Positions 1 through 10,531 of a DNA stretch of 64,000 bases are shown piece by piece. The stretch lies in NCBI RefSeq assembly GCF_009914755.1, contig NC_060930.1. The stretch is one strand, 5' to 3'. Made by a program: the position numbers and the translations under genes. The stretch comes from the human T2T-CHM13v2.0 reference genome, Homo sapiens. The notes beneath the pieces are model-generated. The model searched no databases and had not been told where the DNA came from. It was given only the letters and a program-made list of their open reading frames with translations. Position 1 is the stretch's first letter; every line of letters starts with the position of its first letter.

Positions 1-1265
1 CTGTCTTCTTTTAAAGTCTGCTGAATATAGTCCTATGTGGATAGTAGAAACAATAAAATAAAGTGTTCTCTTAAGGAGGTGGAAGCCTACATATGGAGAG
101 ATTTAATAGAAATTAGTCCCAGTACTGCAAAATCAGTAGTGCATATAATGTCTCATGCTTTTAATACTTATATGTTGGACATTTTAGTGTGATTTACAGA
201 AAACTGTTACTGTCAATAAAGCGTAGAAAATGAAGAAAAGATTGCTATAGTATAAAATAATATGTCAAAAATAAAGCTGTCAATATACCTCAATCCCCCT
301 TTATAGTATGGTATTATATAGTACTTGCCCATATATGGACTAAAAGCACTGTGGCTTTACACGTGGAGACTCAAAAGAGACTTTAATGGTGATTAATGCT
401 AATTCTAAATATATAGATATATATATATTCTTGATGAATGCAAAATCTACTTAATAAGATGATTTAAAATGTTCAAAAGAGTCTTATACAAATTTAAAAC
501 CTGCTTTCTTTGAAAAATTAAACTTGTTCCCTTTTTAAAAATGACATCATCCAAGATGTGTTTTTAATCAATTATCATTGCCGATAATTCAGAGGGCAAC
601 ATGTATGGAAAAACAATGGCATGATTAACTAGGCGCTGACTTTGTATCATGGCACTGGTCCAGGGAGAGCTTATTAGTTTTAGCTAGCAGTAAATATAAA
701 GCCAAGGGCATCATAAATCACAACAGTAGGATTAATCTGAATATGAATCAGGCATATGGGTAAAACTGAGACATTCCTAGTTAGTTTAAAAACAAAGATA
801 TGAGGCCAGTGAAGAGGAAATAATAATTTTCATACCCAGGTCTATGAACAATCCTTTTCATTTTATCTAGAATTTCAAACTAAAGAAAATGGTCCTTCTG
901 TTTAATTGAGAATTTTCGTTAATTAAATAACTCAGAAACATAAGCACCTAAGATTGCTTCTGATTCAGGTCAGGGTGAAAATCTTTGCAGGGGAGATATA
1001 TGTATTTTGCTTCTTAAAATGTTTTGTTGAGTCATATCATTAGATGCCTGGGGAGTCAGTGTAACTTAGTTATGCATAGTTTTAGCCCCATAAACTCATT
1101 TGGTTTAGTTTACCTGGCTCACCAGATATTTTCATTATCACAAAAATATCATGACCCATGCTTTGCTATGCCAGCCAATTAATGGGCTCAACCATATTAG
1201 ACAATGATAGAAAATGGACTGCATAAATTTTTGAGCCCCATTTTGATTAATCTCTAATACACACA

Positions 1266-1642
1266 CGTATTAGTCCATTCTTGCATTTCTATAAAGAACT
1301 ACCTGAGACTGGGTAACTTATAAAGAAAAGAGGTTTCATTGACACAGTTCTGCAAGCTGTACAGGAAGCATGGCTGGAGAAGCCTCCTGAAACTTACAAT
1401 CATGGCAGAAGTTGAAGGGGAAGCAAGCAGGTCTTACATGGCAGGAGCAGGAGAAAGAGAAGGAGGTGGGCAGGTGCTGCACACTTTTAAACAAGCAGAT
1501 CTTGTGAGAACTCTATCATGAGAACAGCAAGGGGGAAGTCCACCCCCATAATTCAATCACTTCCCACCAGTCCCCTCTGCTAACACTGAAAATTACAGTT
1601 CAACATGAGATTTGAATGGGAATACAGAGTTAAACCATATCA
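1266..1642 (-). mobile_element. THE1D-like MaLR solo LTR
   Basis: Begins (c)gtattagtcc and ends aaaccatatca, with typical THE1 internal motifs (tacctgagactggg, acttacaatcatggcagaag). 5-bp TSD ACACA at 1261-1265 and 1643-1647. Confidence 0.9.
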
Positions 1643-3444
1643 ACACACATGCGCTTAATCAGTATTTTTTAAAGAGCCTTATGTCATGACACTTTTAAAC
1701 TTATTTTTCACATGTAGAAGGAATATTATAAGAGTTTGCTGCATTTGGGGTTGGCAATAGATGTTTTTCCTAACTGTCATGAATATGTTCATCTTAGTTT
1801 GCAACACTTGATCATGAGCCAGAATCCACATGTTTGAGTTTGTATACTTTGTGTTTTCCAGACATCTATCTATGGTAATATGGTCATCAGAGGAAGATGG
1901 AAGAGGGAAAATGCCATCTATGACCCCAAGTCATTATTTGGCTTTATGGTAGAATAGCAAGAATACAATTATTTTAGTAAATATAGTTTTCTTTTTAATT
2001 TTAAGAGAAAATTCAACAAACTAACTGAGTATGGAAACACAACCAAACAGTATACTAAGCCAGTGATATTAGATATTCAGAAACATACATGTGCTTCATA
2101 CTCCTTTGGGGTTTCTATATAGACATTCCTCTATGCATATATATTTATTTTTCAAGCAGACATACTGACATATGTAACATATATATTTCCCCCACTGTCA
2201 TCTGCTTATAAGCCAGCTGCTATTGTTGCTTTGATATTTTCCATTAAGACTTATTTGTTCTTTCCCAGAGGCACTGATAGTATTCACTATGGTGTAAGTT
2301 GTACTGATGGCCTGTTTCTGTCAGAAGATGAATTAATGTGAGATGCCTAATTCCAGAAGGCTCCTAGGAATCAGAAAAGGTGGTCTGCATCTGTCTTTTC
2401 TCCAGCTTGGTTCATTCTAGAAATGCATGTGCAAAAAATAAAAAAATCAAACCAAATGTCTTTGAAGCACTTTAATTGTTTTAGAGATTCACATTCAGAA
2501 CAAAGCATGGATAGAATGGCTAGAATAAAATTATCATGCACATGTGATTACTATCCTGGGATGGTGATACACATGTCTTTAACCCGTCTGAGAGAGGGTT
2601 AAATTAACTTAGTAAATTAAAAGATTATATCAGAGGAAGTTAAAAGAGAAAGAAAAAAATCTATTTTTATGACTGGAGAAAATCTGAAATTATATAGGGT
2701 AGGTGAAATTTTTATGTCATTCAATTTTGTTAGGATATAGCAAGCCAATTAGATAAAATTAAATTTCAAGCCTGATTGATTTTTTAAATATTCATTTTAA
2801 GCACTGCATTTGCTGTTTATTATATTATACAGGAAATATCAAAGAACGTCTGCTGCACCCAGGAATTAAATGAAACCTATACTGTCAGTAGCCTAGCAGG
2901 GGCTTTTGATAAAGTATTATGACATTTCTATATTATGCAGCATCACAAAATGCTAAACATACACAGAACACAGGACTATAAGTTTAAGAAAGTACATACT
3001 GGAAGCTGGAGTGTTTTGGCATTTATAGCTGGCTAGCACGGGAAGATAATGAGGAGTTTGATACTTTGGAAATCATAACTATGAAATATATAACAATAGT
3101 ATCCCATCAAGCTGGATCATATATCACACAATATTGGAGGATAATTCAAGTCTGCAATGCAATCTGCTTTTCATTTCAAGTGGAGGGCCAATGTAAGCCA
3201 TAATTTACCCAGGTAGTACTCATGTGGGAAATAATGACAAATTTAGAGCAACTCATGACAAAGAAATCCACATAGGAATAACAAGAAAGATTTTATGTCC
3301 TCTTGGATCTCAACTTTTTTTCCTTATTATTCGTACCTTTCTTTATAACTGAAAAACCTTTTGTGTTAAAATGGATTTGTGATAAAATATAAGTGTTTAC
3401 TTAAAAATATATAAATATACACATACAACGACCAGGCATTGGTA

Positions 3445-3555
3445 ATTTCCCAAACTGTTGATAAAGTGGGATAAATTTACATGACAGATACATTTACATT
3501 CCCAGTATTTCCCAAACTGTGGATGGAGATAAAGTGGGATAAATTTACATGACAG
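3445..3555. repeat. Short local duplication (~43 bp, two copies)
   Basis: atttcccaaactgt...gataaagtgggataaatttacatgacag at 3445-3487 and 3507-3555. The second copy has a small insertion. Confidence 0.9.
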
Positions 3556-4129
3556 TTTATTGTGGGCATCTCAGGTTCCAGGAAAATTTGAATTTAATTC
3601 TTTACTAGGAATAATTTTTCATGTTAAGATACACAGTGACTCTTATACACCAATTATTTCACGATCAGAAAACCTCTTTGGCATCATATAGAAATGGAGA
3701 TGGGGTGGCATAGGACCGGCACTTCTGGATTTTGGAGGCAATTCAATAACTGATAATTCTGTTTCGACTCTTCACCTCAGTATTTAATGAGATACTAAAA
3801 GACAGCTGGGCGACAGAAGGAATTGTTGAAGAAAAATAGAATAGGACTTTGTGATCTGACAAAATAGTGGGAATTCTTTGGCCATGGCCACTTTCTCTAT
3901 GTAGGCTTTGGCCAGGTGCCTCCATCTTGTGACACTAGCTACAAACATGGCAGTTAAAGAGAAGTATAGAGGGAGTTCGGTGGTATGGACCTGAGTGTTA
4001 GATTCATCTCTACCCATATTCACTTTTTCTATCACATAGAGATACTTCTCCGTTCTAAAATCTAAGTTCATCATGAAATAGGACTCTAAGGTTCCAAATT
4101 GTGTAACATCCTTCCTGTATATAAGGTAG

Positions 4130-4445
4130 GGTTCCAAGGTCATGAGCTTTAGAGAGAAAGAGAAGGCTGAATCCTGTCTCCACCACTGATCAGCTGTAGG
4201 GTTTGGGGTAAGTCACTCCATCTCTGTGGGCCACAGTTTCTTTATCTATAGAATGGAGTGCCAAAAATTATGGTTCAATGCCCAGCTCTTTTATGCTTTG
4301 GTTGGATTCAAAGATACAGTAAAAATATATAAAAGAATGAATTTTTATATTTTAATATAAAATGATATCAAAACAAAAATATATTTTATATTAATATAAA
4401 ATATAATAGCTACTCCATGGTGTTGTTATAGGCATGAAAATGAAT
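4130..4445 (+). mobile_element. MIR SINE split by a ~145-bp insertion
   Basis: MIR core (ggtaagtcactccatctctgtgggccacagtttctttatctatagaatgg) stops at ~4257 and resumes at ~4403 (ataatagctactccatggtgttgttatagg). Confidence 0.75.
4258..4347 (+). repeat. 90-bp copy of 7618-7707
   Basis: Direct alignment at an offset of 3360 bp with 3 mismatches in 90 nt. Confidence 0.95.
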
Positions 4446-5097
4446 ATATTATTTTTTTAAATAAGAGAGTAACAAGTGATTATTATTATTTTAATGATAT
4501 TTTTAAAAGATGCTGCTATTTCCACCCATCAAATGCTGTATATATTTCTGAGTGATACTTATAGAGAAGGAACAATGAGTTAGAGAATAATTTCTAATAT
4601 TTTTATGACCATTACTTGGTGATAACTAAGAATTCTTGAATAACAGTAATCATTATCAGTATTACTTTTTGTCCCTTCCACTCTTGCACATAAGTTGTTC
4701 AGTTTCCTGGAGAAAGCTGGACTTCTTAATTGACAAAGTGACACCTTATGATCATCACTAAGCTCAATAAAGATTGTTTGAAAAATGTGTCAAACTTTCT
4801 TAATCAAATCGAATTAAAACCTTCTTTCTGATCTAAAACAAAACAAAGTAAAAAGACTTAAATTGGACATAAAAATACCTTCATTTGCTTAATGATAGCA
4901 AGTTCGAGCACAAAGAACAGAATTTCCTAATATTTTCCTTAAAGCTATTTGTAACTCTATAAGATAAACTATGGAGATGAAAATCAGCAAGAGAAAGAAG
5001 AAAGATAAAGTATGGGAAAAAATGTGAGCATTTGATATTTTCTTGGCATGAAGATTTTTTATTTAACCCTTTAAAAGTTTCAATTGTTTGTTATAAC

Positions 5098-5272
5098 TTT
5101 ATTTTTGTTTTTAAACAAATCTCTGTGTGGAGGACTGATTTTCAACAGATCACACCAAGGGGGCTGTTCTGCTACGTATGAAACCTGACCCAGAAGCAGA
5201 TCATTTAGGAATGGTTTAGCACCAGGTTTCCCACAAACATGCTTTGTGAGGGACGACGGTGACCACCTTTCT
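5098..5272 (-). pseudogene. Retroposed 28S (LSU) rRNA 3'-terminal fragment with A-rich tail
   Basis: The reverse complement matches the 28S 3' end as I recall it (ggaacctggcgctaaaccattc, gacctgcttctgggtc, tacgtagcagagcag, ttgaaagtcag, tttgt). A T-rich tract at 5098-5112 is the tail. CpGs are decayed. Confidence 0.9.
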
Positions 5273-5274
5273 TT

Positions 5275-5690
5275 GTGTTTAACTGAAGTGAAACCTACAC
5301 AACATAAAATTAACCATTTTAAAGTGTACAGTTTGGTAGTAGTTAGTCCATTCACAATGTTGCGCCACCGCCACCTATCTAGTGGTGAAACATGTTCATC
5401 ACCCAAAAGGAAACCCCATACCCATTGAGCAGTTAGTCCCCATATAACCCTTTCTGCAGCCGCTGGTAACTGTAATCTACTTTCTCTATATACACATTTG
5501 CCTATTCTGGATATTTTATATAAATGGAATTATATAATATATAGCCTTTGTGTCTGGTTTCTTTCACTTAGAATCATGTTTTTGGTAATCACCTACTGTT
5601 TAGCAGATATTCCGTCTTTTATATGACTGAATAATACTGTCTTGAATACATGTACCACAATTTGTTTATCCATACATCCATTGATGAATA
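5275..5690 (-). mobile_element. L1MB-type 3' UTR fragment
   Basis: ataaaattaaccattttaaagtgtacag, ttgcctattctggatattttatataaatggaat and tttgtttatccat are L1MB 3' end motifs. Confidence 0.85.
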
Positions 5691-7104
5691 AGTTAAATCT
5701 TTACATAACCCAAATCTCCGCTGATTCTGTAAGCTTGGGGCATTAATAAGTCACAGTGTCAATAGAATCTGAACTTTCACGGGTTCATTGTCTTCACCCA
5801 CATTCTGAAGCGCCACCCTTCAAACTTGCCTCCTCTTCTGTCTGAGAGTACCCAGGAATGCCTCATGTTGGCTCAGGATGTCCCCTCTCAAATTCTGCTG
5901 TAGATTCCTATGGATGGACACCGCACATGAAATCACTTAGAGGAGTTGCCTCATCTCCATTGAGAATACCATGGCCAAGTCACTACAGGTGCCACCTGAG
6001 CAGCTCCCATGCCAGGTGGGAGCTCATCACCTCCCCTCCCTACAAAAAATTTCAACCTTAATGCCAAACTCTCTCTTGCAAATGCGCCCCTGGATTGGTG
6101 AGAGTGGGTGAAGCTGCTGGGCACAACAGTTCCATGGATCCACTGACCTGTGTCTAAGGTTTAGGCCTTGCTGGGATCCCAAAGATACTGCCAGAACTCC
6201 AATCTCAGTGAAAATGAACAAGAAGGAAAATGAACATTTATGCAAAATAATCTTCTTAGTAAAAGAAAAAGAAATATATTTACATGTATTGGAAATGAAT
6301 ATTTTTCATTAGCTCTGACTAGTGCCCAAAATGAATTCAAAACATGTTATATATGATTCCAGTATTTTAAAGACGTACATGTGATCCGATTTTCAGTGAG
6401 GGAGATGGTGGTGAAGCTCACTGTCTTTAGAATGAAATGGGGAACCACTTTTCGTGTCTTTTCCAGCACTAAAAACAACGGAGCACACACAGAAATTGGA
6501 GCTTCGCATTTAATCTTTTAAATTTTTCTTTGTTTTATTTGGGCTAAAGTTTATGTCCCTATCTTAGTTGTCCTTAAAAAGCCAAAGAAAAGTCAGGTTG
6601 AACCTGTAGTTAAGAGACAAACCTATCTTTTTATATCTGAAAGTTCTTGAGTAAAACATTACTCATACAGTACCATCTTCCTAAAGTTTATGTTCAATTT
6701 TTAACATTTAACCCCTATTATTTTTACTTAAGCATTGTTTTCTAAAACAATAGAAAACAGCTGCACATATTCTGATAACGGTTGGCATCTTGAATATTAT
6801 TATTTAATTAACATTACAATAATTTCCTCCATTTAGGTCCAATAACCTCAATACCTTTTACATCCTTTTATGTCCTCTTTGCCAATTACGTAGTCATTTC
6901 AGATGTCTTACTTGAATTCCTTTACACCTATTCAGAACCACTCTTTCCATCTTATTCACTCTTTTAAAAATTTTGAACACAAAATTGAAAGTTGCATGAT
7001 ATAATAATAATACTTAAATTACATATTTCAGAAAACCTATGATTTAGCCAGTATTTATGAGGAAGGTAGCATTGGCTTAAATCTCAATAGCAGGGCTTAA
7101 CTTA

Positions 7105-7780
7105 GATTTACTTATTTACTTATAAACACCCTGAGTTCTTTCACAAAGAAATTGTGAGAGCTTACAAAAATAAACATAAAAAAGATAAAACAAACAAGTG
7201 ACAGAAACAGAGTAAAGGGGATAGAAGGGTCATACTATAATAAAGCCCTTGATGTACAGAAGTATAAACATATGTGTTATGTACACACTGTAGTTATTAA
7301 GGGTAGGTCACATATTTGGCCTCAAAGCTTTTAGCAGTGAAAGCAAAAAGGAAACTAGTATCAGTTACAAGAACCAGGGTTCCTAAGACTTGAAAATGAG
7401 AACGAAATAGAAAACTGTAATTCAGGAAAAAAAATATACCCCAAACTAAAAATCTGAGAAATTTCCCTCATGGCTTCTCATAAAAAGGTATTGGATAATG
7501 TAATAGAAAGCTCCCTACAGTAGGTACAGTGGTACATTTTATTGGACTGTTTCCTATGGTGCTTCTCAGTACAGACAACTGGCATAAACTGCAATTTAGG
7601 GAAAGTCAGTCAAAATGGTGCCAAAAATTATGGTTCAATGCCCAGCTCTTTTATGCTTTGGTTGGATCCAAAGATACAGTAGAAATATATAAAAGAATGC
7701 ATTTTTAACATGCCCATCAAGCCTATACCCACAGCTCCTACAACCCACTTTTTGATAAGGATTAAATAGCAAAAACACTT
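7105..7780 (-). mobile_element. Ancient L4 (RTE-X)-like LINE 3' portion
   Basis: ttatttacttataaacaccc...gagagcttacaaaaataa and tttggcctcaaagcttttagcagtgaaagcaaaaaggaaac resemble the recalled L4 consensus. The upper boundary is uncertain. Confidence 0.55.
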
Positions 7781-7917
7781 TTATCTGCCTGAACGAATCT
7801 AGAGTACAGCTATTTGATGCTGCCAATTAGGAGCGAAATCATATCCCCCAACACTGAAACAAAAATAGGGTCTTCAACCCCCTTCTTTATCGGAAACTCA
7901 TGGGGACCTAATCTTAA

Positions 7918-8680
7918 GAAAAAATGCTCATCATCACTGGCCATCAGAGAAATGCAAATCAAAACCACAATGAGATACCATCTCACACCAGTTAGAATGG
8001 CGATCATTAAAAAGTCAGGAAACAACAGGTGCTGAAGTGGAAGTGGAGAAATAGGAACACTTTTACACTGTTGGTGGGACCGTAAACTAGTTCAACCATT
8101 GTGGAAGTCAGTGTGGCAGTTCCTCAGGGATCCAGAATTAGAAATACCATTTGACCCAGCCATCCCATTACTGGGTATATACCCAAAGGATTATAAAACA
8201 TGCTGCTATAAAGACACATGCACACGTATGTTTATTGCGGCACTATTCACAATAGCAAAGACTTGGAACCAACCCAAATGTCCATCAATGATAGACTGGA
8301 TTAAGAAAATGTGGCACATATACACCATGGAATACTATGCAGCCATAAAAATGATGAGTTCATGTCCTTTGTAGGGACATGGATGAAGCTGGAAACCATC
8401 ATTCTCAGCAAACTATCGCAAGGACAAAAAACCAAACACTGCGTGTTCTCACTCATAGGTGGGAATTGAACAATGAGAACACATGGACACAGGGAAAGGA
8501 ACATCACACATCGGGGCCTGTTGTGGGGTGGGGGAGGGGGGAGGGATAGCATTAGGAGATATACCTAATGTTAAATGACGAGTTAACGGGTGCAGCACAC
8601 CAACGTGGTACATGTATACATATGTAACAAACCTGCATGTTGTACACACGTACCCTAAAACTTAAAGTATAAAAAAAAAA
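7918..8680 (+). mobile_element. 5'-truncated young L1PA (about L1PA3-4) 3' end
   Basis: ORF2 C-terminal peptides ([33 protein letters not shown]), L1PA 3' UTR and poly(A). Possible short TSD aagaaa at a TT/AAGA site. Confidence 0.95.
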
Positions 8681-10406
8681 AGAAACAGTGTGGAGAAGAA
8701 ATAATATGTCAGCTCAGAGGAATAGCTGAAATCGCCTGTTCTGTCTAGGAACCATTGGCCTTAACAACATACAGGTCTGAGGTACTTGTATGGAAATGAT
8801 ATCTATAGGTAGCTACAGATTTCTTTGAGAAAGAGAAACTCAAATTCCAGTAGAATTAGTGCTACTGATGTTTAAAGAGGTGGACGTGGATACTGATATT
8901 TATGGAAGATGTGTGTTTCAATAGAAAAATTTGTTTTTGGTTTATTTAAGGTCAAAACACCAATCATATTTGGTGACTATAAAAATCATGTGAAATGCAT
9001 ACAATGAGCTGTAAATTTAGTTTTTATTCGTTTGGCTTTCCACAAAATTAAAAATAAAATGCCATGGCTCATTTGCCAAACACATGAATTATTTGGTCAA
9101 ATTCATTTTGGGGGAATCTGGAGAATGTTCCATTGCTTAAAAGAGGAGGCTTGCTGCCCACCCTACCCTACTCAGTTCCCATGAGGTAAATGCTGGAGAA
9201 GAGAATTCTCCTGGAAACAATTTCCAAGTATGTATTCTCAAAGCAAAAGAACTTCTTATTTGCTGCTCAGCTCCCTTCCATGACCAACGGCAGTTTTGTA
9301 CCATTGTTTTTTTTTTTTCTTCTGCTATAACCTCTCATCCTCACAGTACTGAAAGAGTTTAAACAAAAATGACTTTGTTTGGTTCTGCAGAATTAACACG
9401 ACATTCGGGCTTATTTCTAACTGAATGCAGATGTTTTCTAAGCAGAGAAAAGCCTCCGACTTGTGTGCATCATTCTTACACTGCCCTAATGGAGAGAAGT
9501 GAGTCCAAAATTAGCAACTTTTTTTTTTAAACAAATCTGGCCATGTGCCACATAGACTTTTCTTTTCTTTCTTTCTTTTTTTTTTTTTTTTTTAATTTTC
9601 CAAGCAAGTACAGACAGAATTTCTTTACAAGTCTATACTTTGAGGGCTACCGTCTTTAAAATAGAAATTTAAGGAAGAAAGCAAGCCAAACTGATTAGTT
9701 GTCCATGTGTCTCTCTCTCCTCTGCTCTCTCAGAAATAACACTAAAAAACTCACAAAAATGTAGACCTATGTATGGCATAGCAGCAGGCTTTGGAGGGAA
9801 TGTGGTCAACTGAAGGGGTCTGTTTTGACTGTCTTGAGACTGAGTTGCTGACATGGACAAACTTGTGAACACCAAATGAAGAAAGGGACGCTCTGTGTTC
9901 TTTCAGCTCCTCGCCTCAACAATTTGCCACTGAAGATTTAACAATCTCATCGTTCCCTCCAGACTCAAGGGTGTGTGTTTATATGTCTAGAACAGCAGGC
10001 TTTGGGGCTGATTATGTTGTTTCTCTTAAAAACTCACTTTGATTACTGAGAATCTCATAATTAGGCGGTTTCTATACAATATCTGTGCTCCAGAGGCCTG
10101 ACCACAGGGTTGAAAAGAAAAGAAATGCACAGCTGATTGGAACTTTATGATTTAGATGAAGGATGTGTGTGTCTTGTTCTCTTCCTTGCCCATTGGTGGA
10201 AGAGTTCAGGACAATTAGGCAAACTTTCAAAATCTGTGATTACATCTAATGTGAAAATAAGGAATTCCCTGAAGTTGGACATGCATTCATTGAGAACAAA
10301 ATAGTGTGGTTAGAAGGGTAATATGTTAATTCTAATGAACATAAAAAGATCAGTTCCTGGTTTATAAGTATGATTGGACTTAGATATTCACGTAAAGAAG
10401 ATTCCT

Positions 10407-10531
10407 TAATGCATGCTGGGCTTAATATCTCAGTGATGGGTTGATAGGTTCCGCAAACCACCATGGTACACGTTTACCTATGTAATACACCTGCACATGC
10501 AGAACTTAAACTAAAAATAAAAATTAAAAAG
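10407..10531 (+). mobile_element. 125-bp L1PA11-13-like 3' tip with 12-bp TSD
   Basis: taatgcatgctgggcttaata...aaaccaccatgg...tttacctatgtaa followed by an A-rich tail. TSD aagaagattcct at 10395-10406 and 10532-10543. Confidence 0.9.

Noticed and set aside
5098-5272. Functional rRNA gene
   Set aside because: Only the terminal ~160 nt, mutated, tailed and without rDNA context.
3445-7707. CRISPR-like or other prokaryotic repeat-spacer system
   Set aside because: The repeats occur only twice, without regular spacers or associated genes, in clearly primate DNA.
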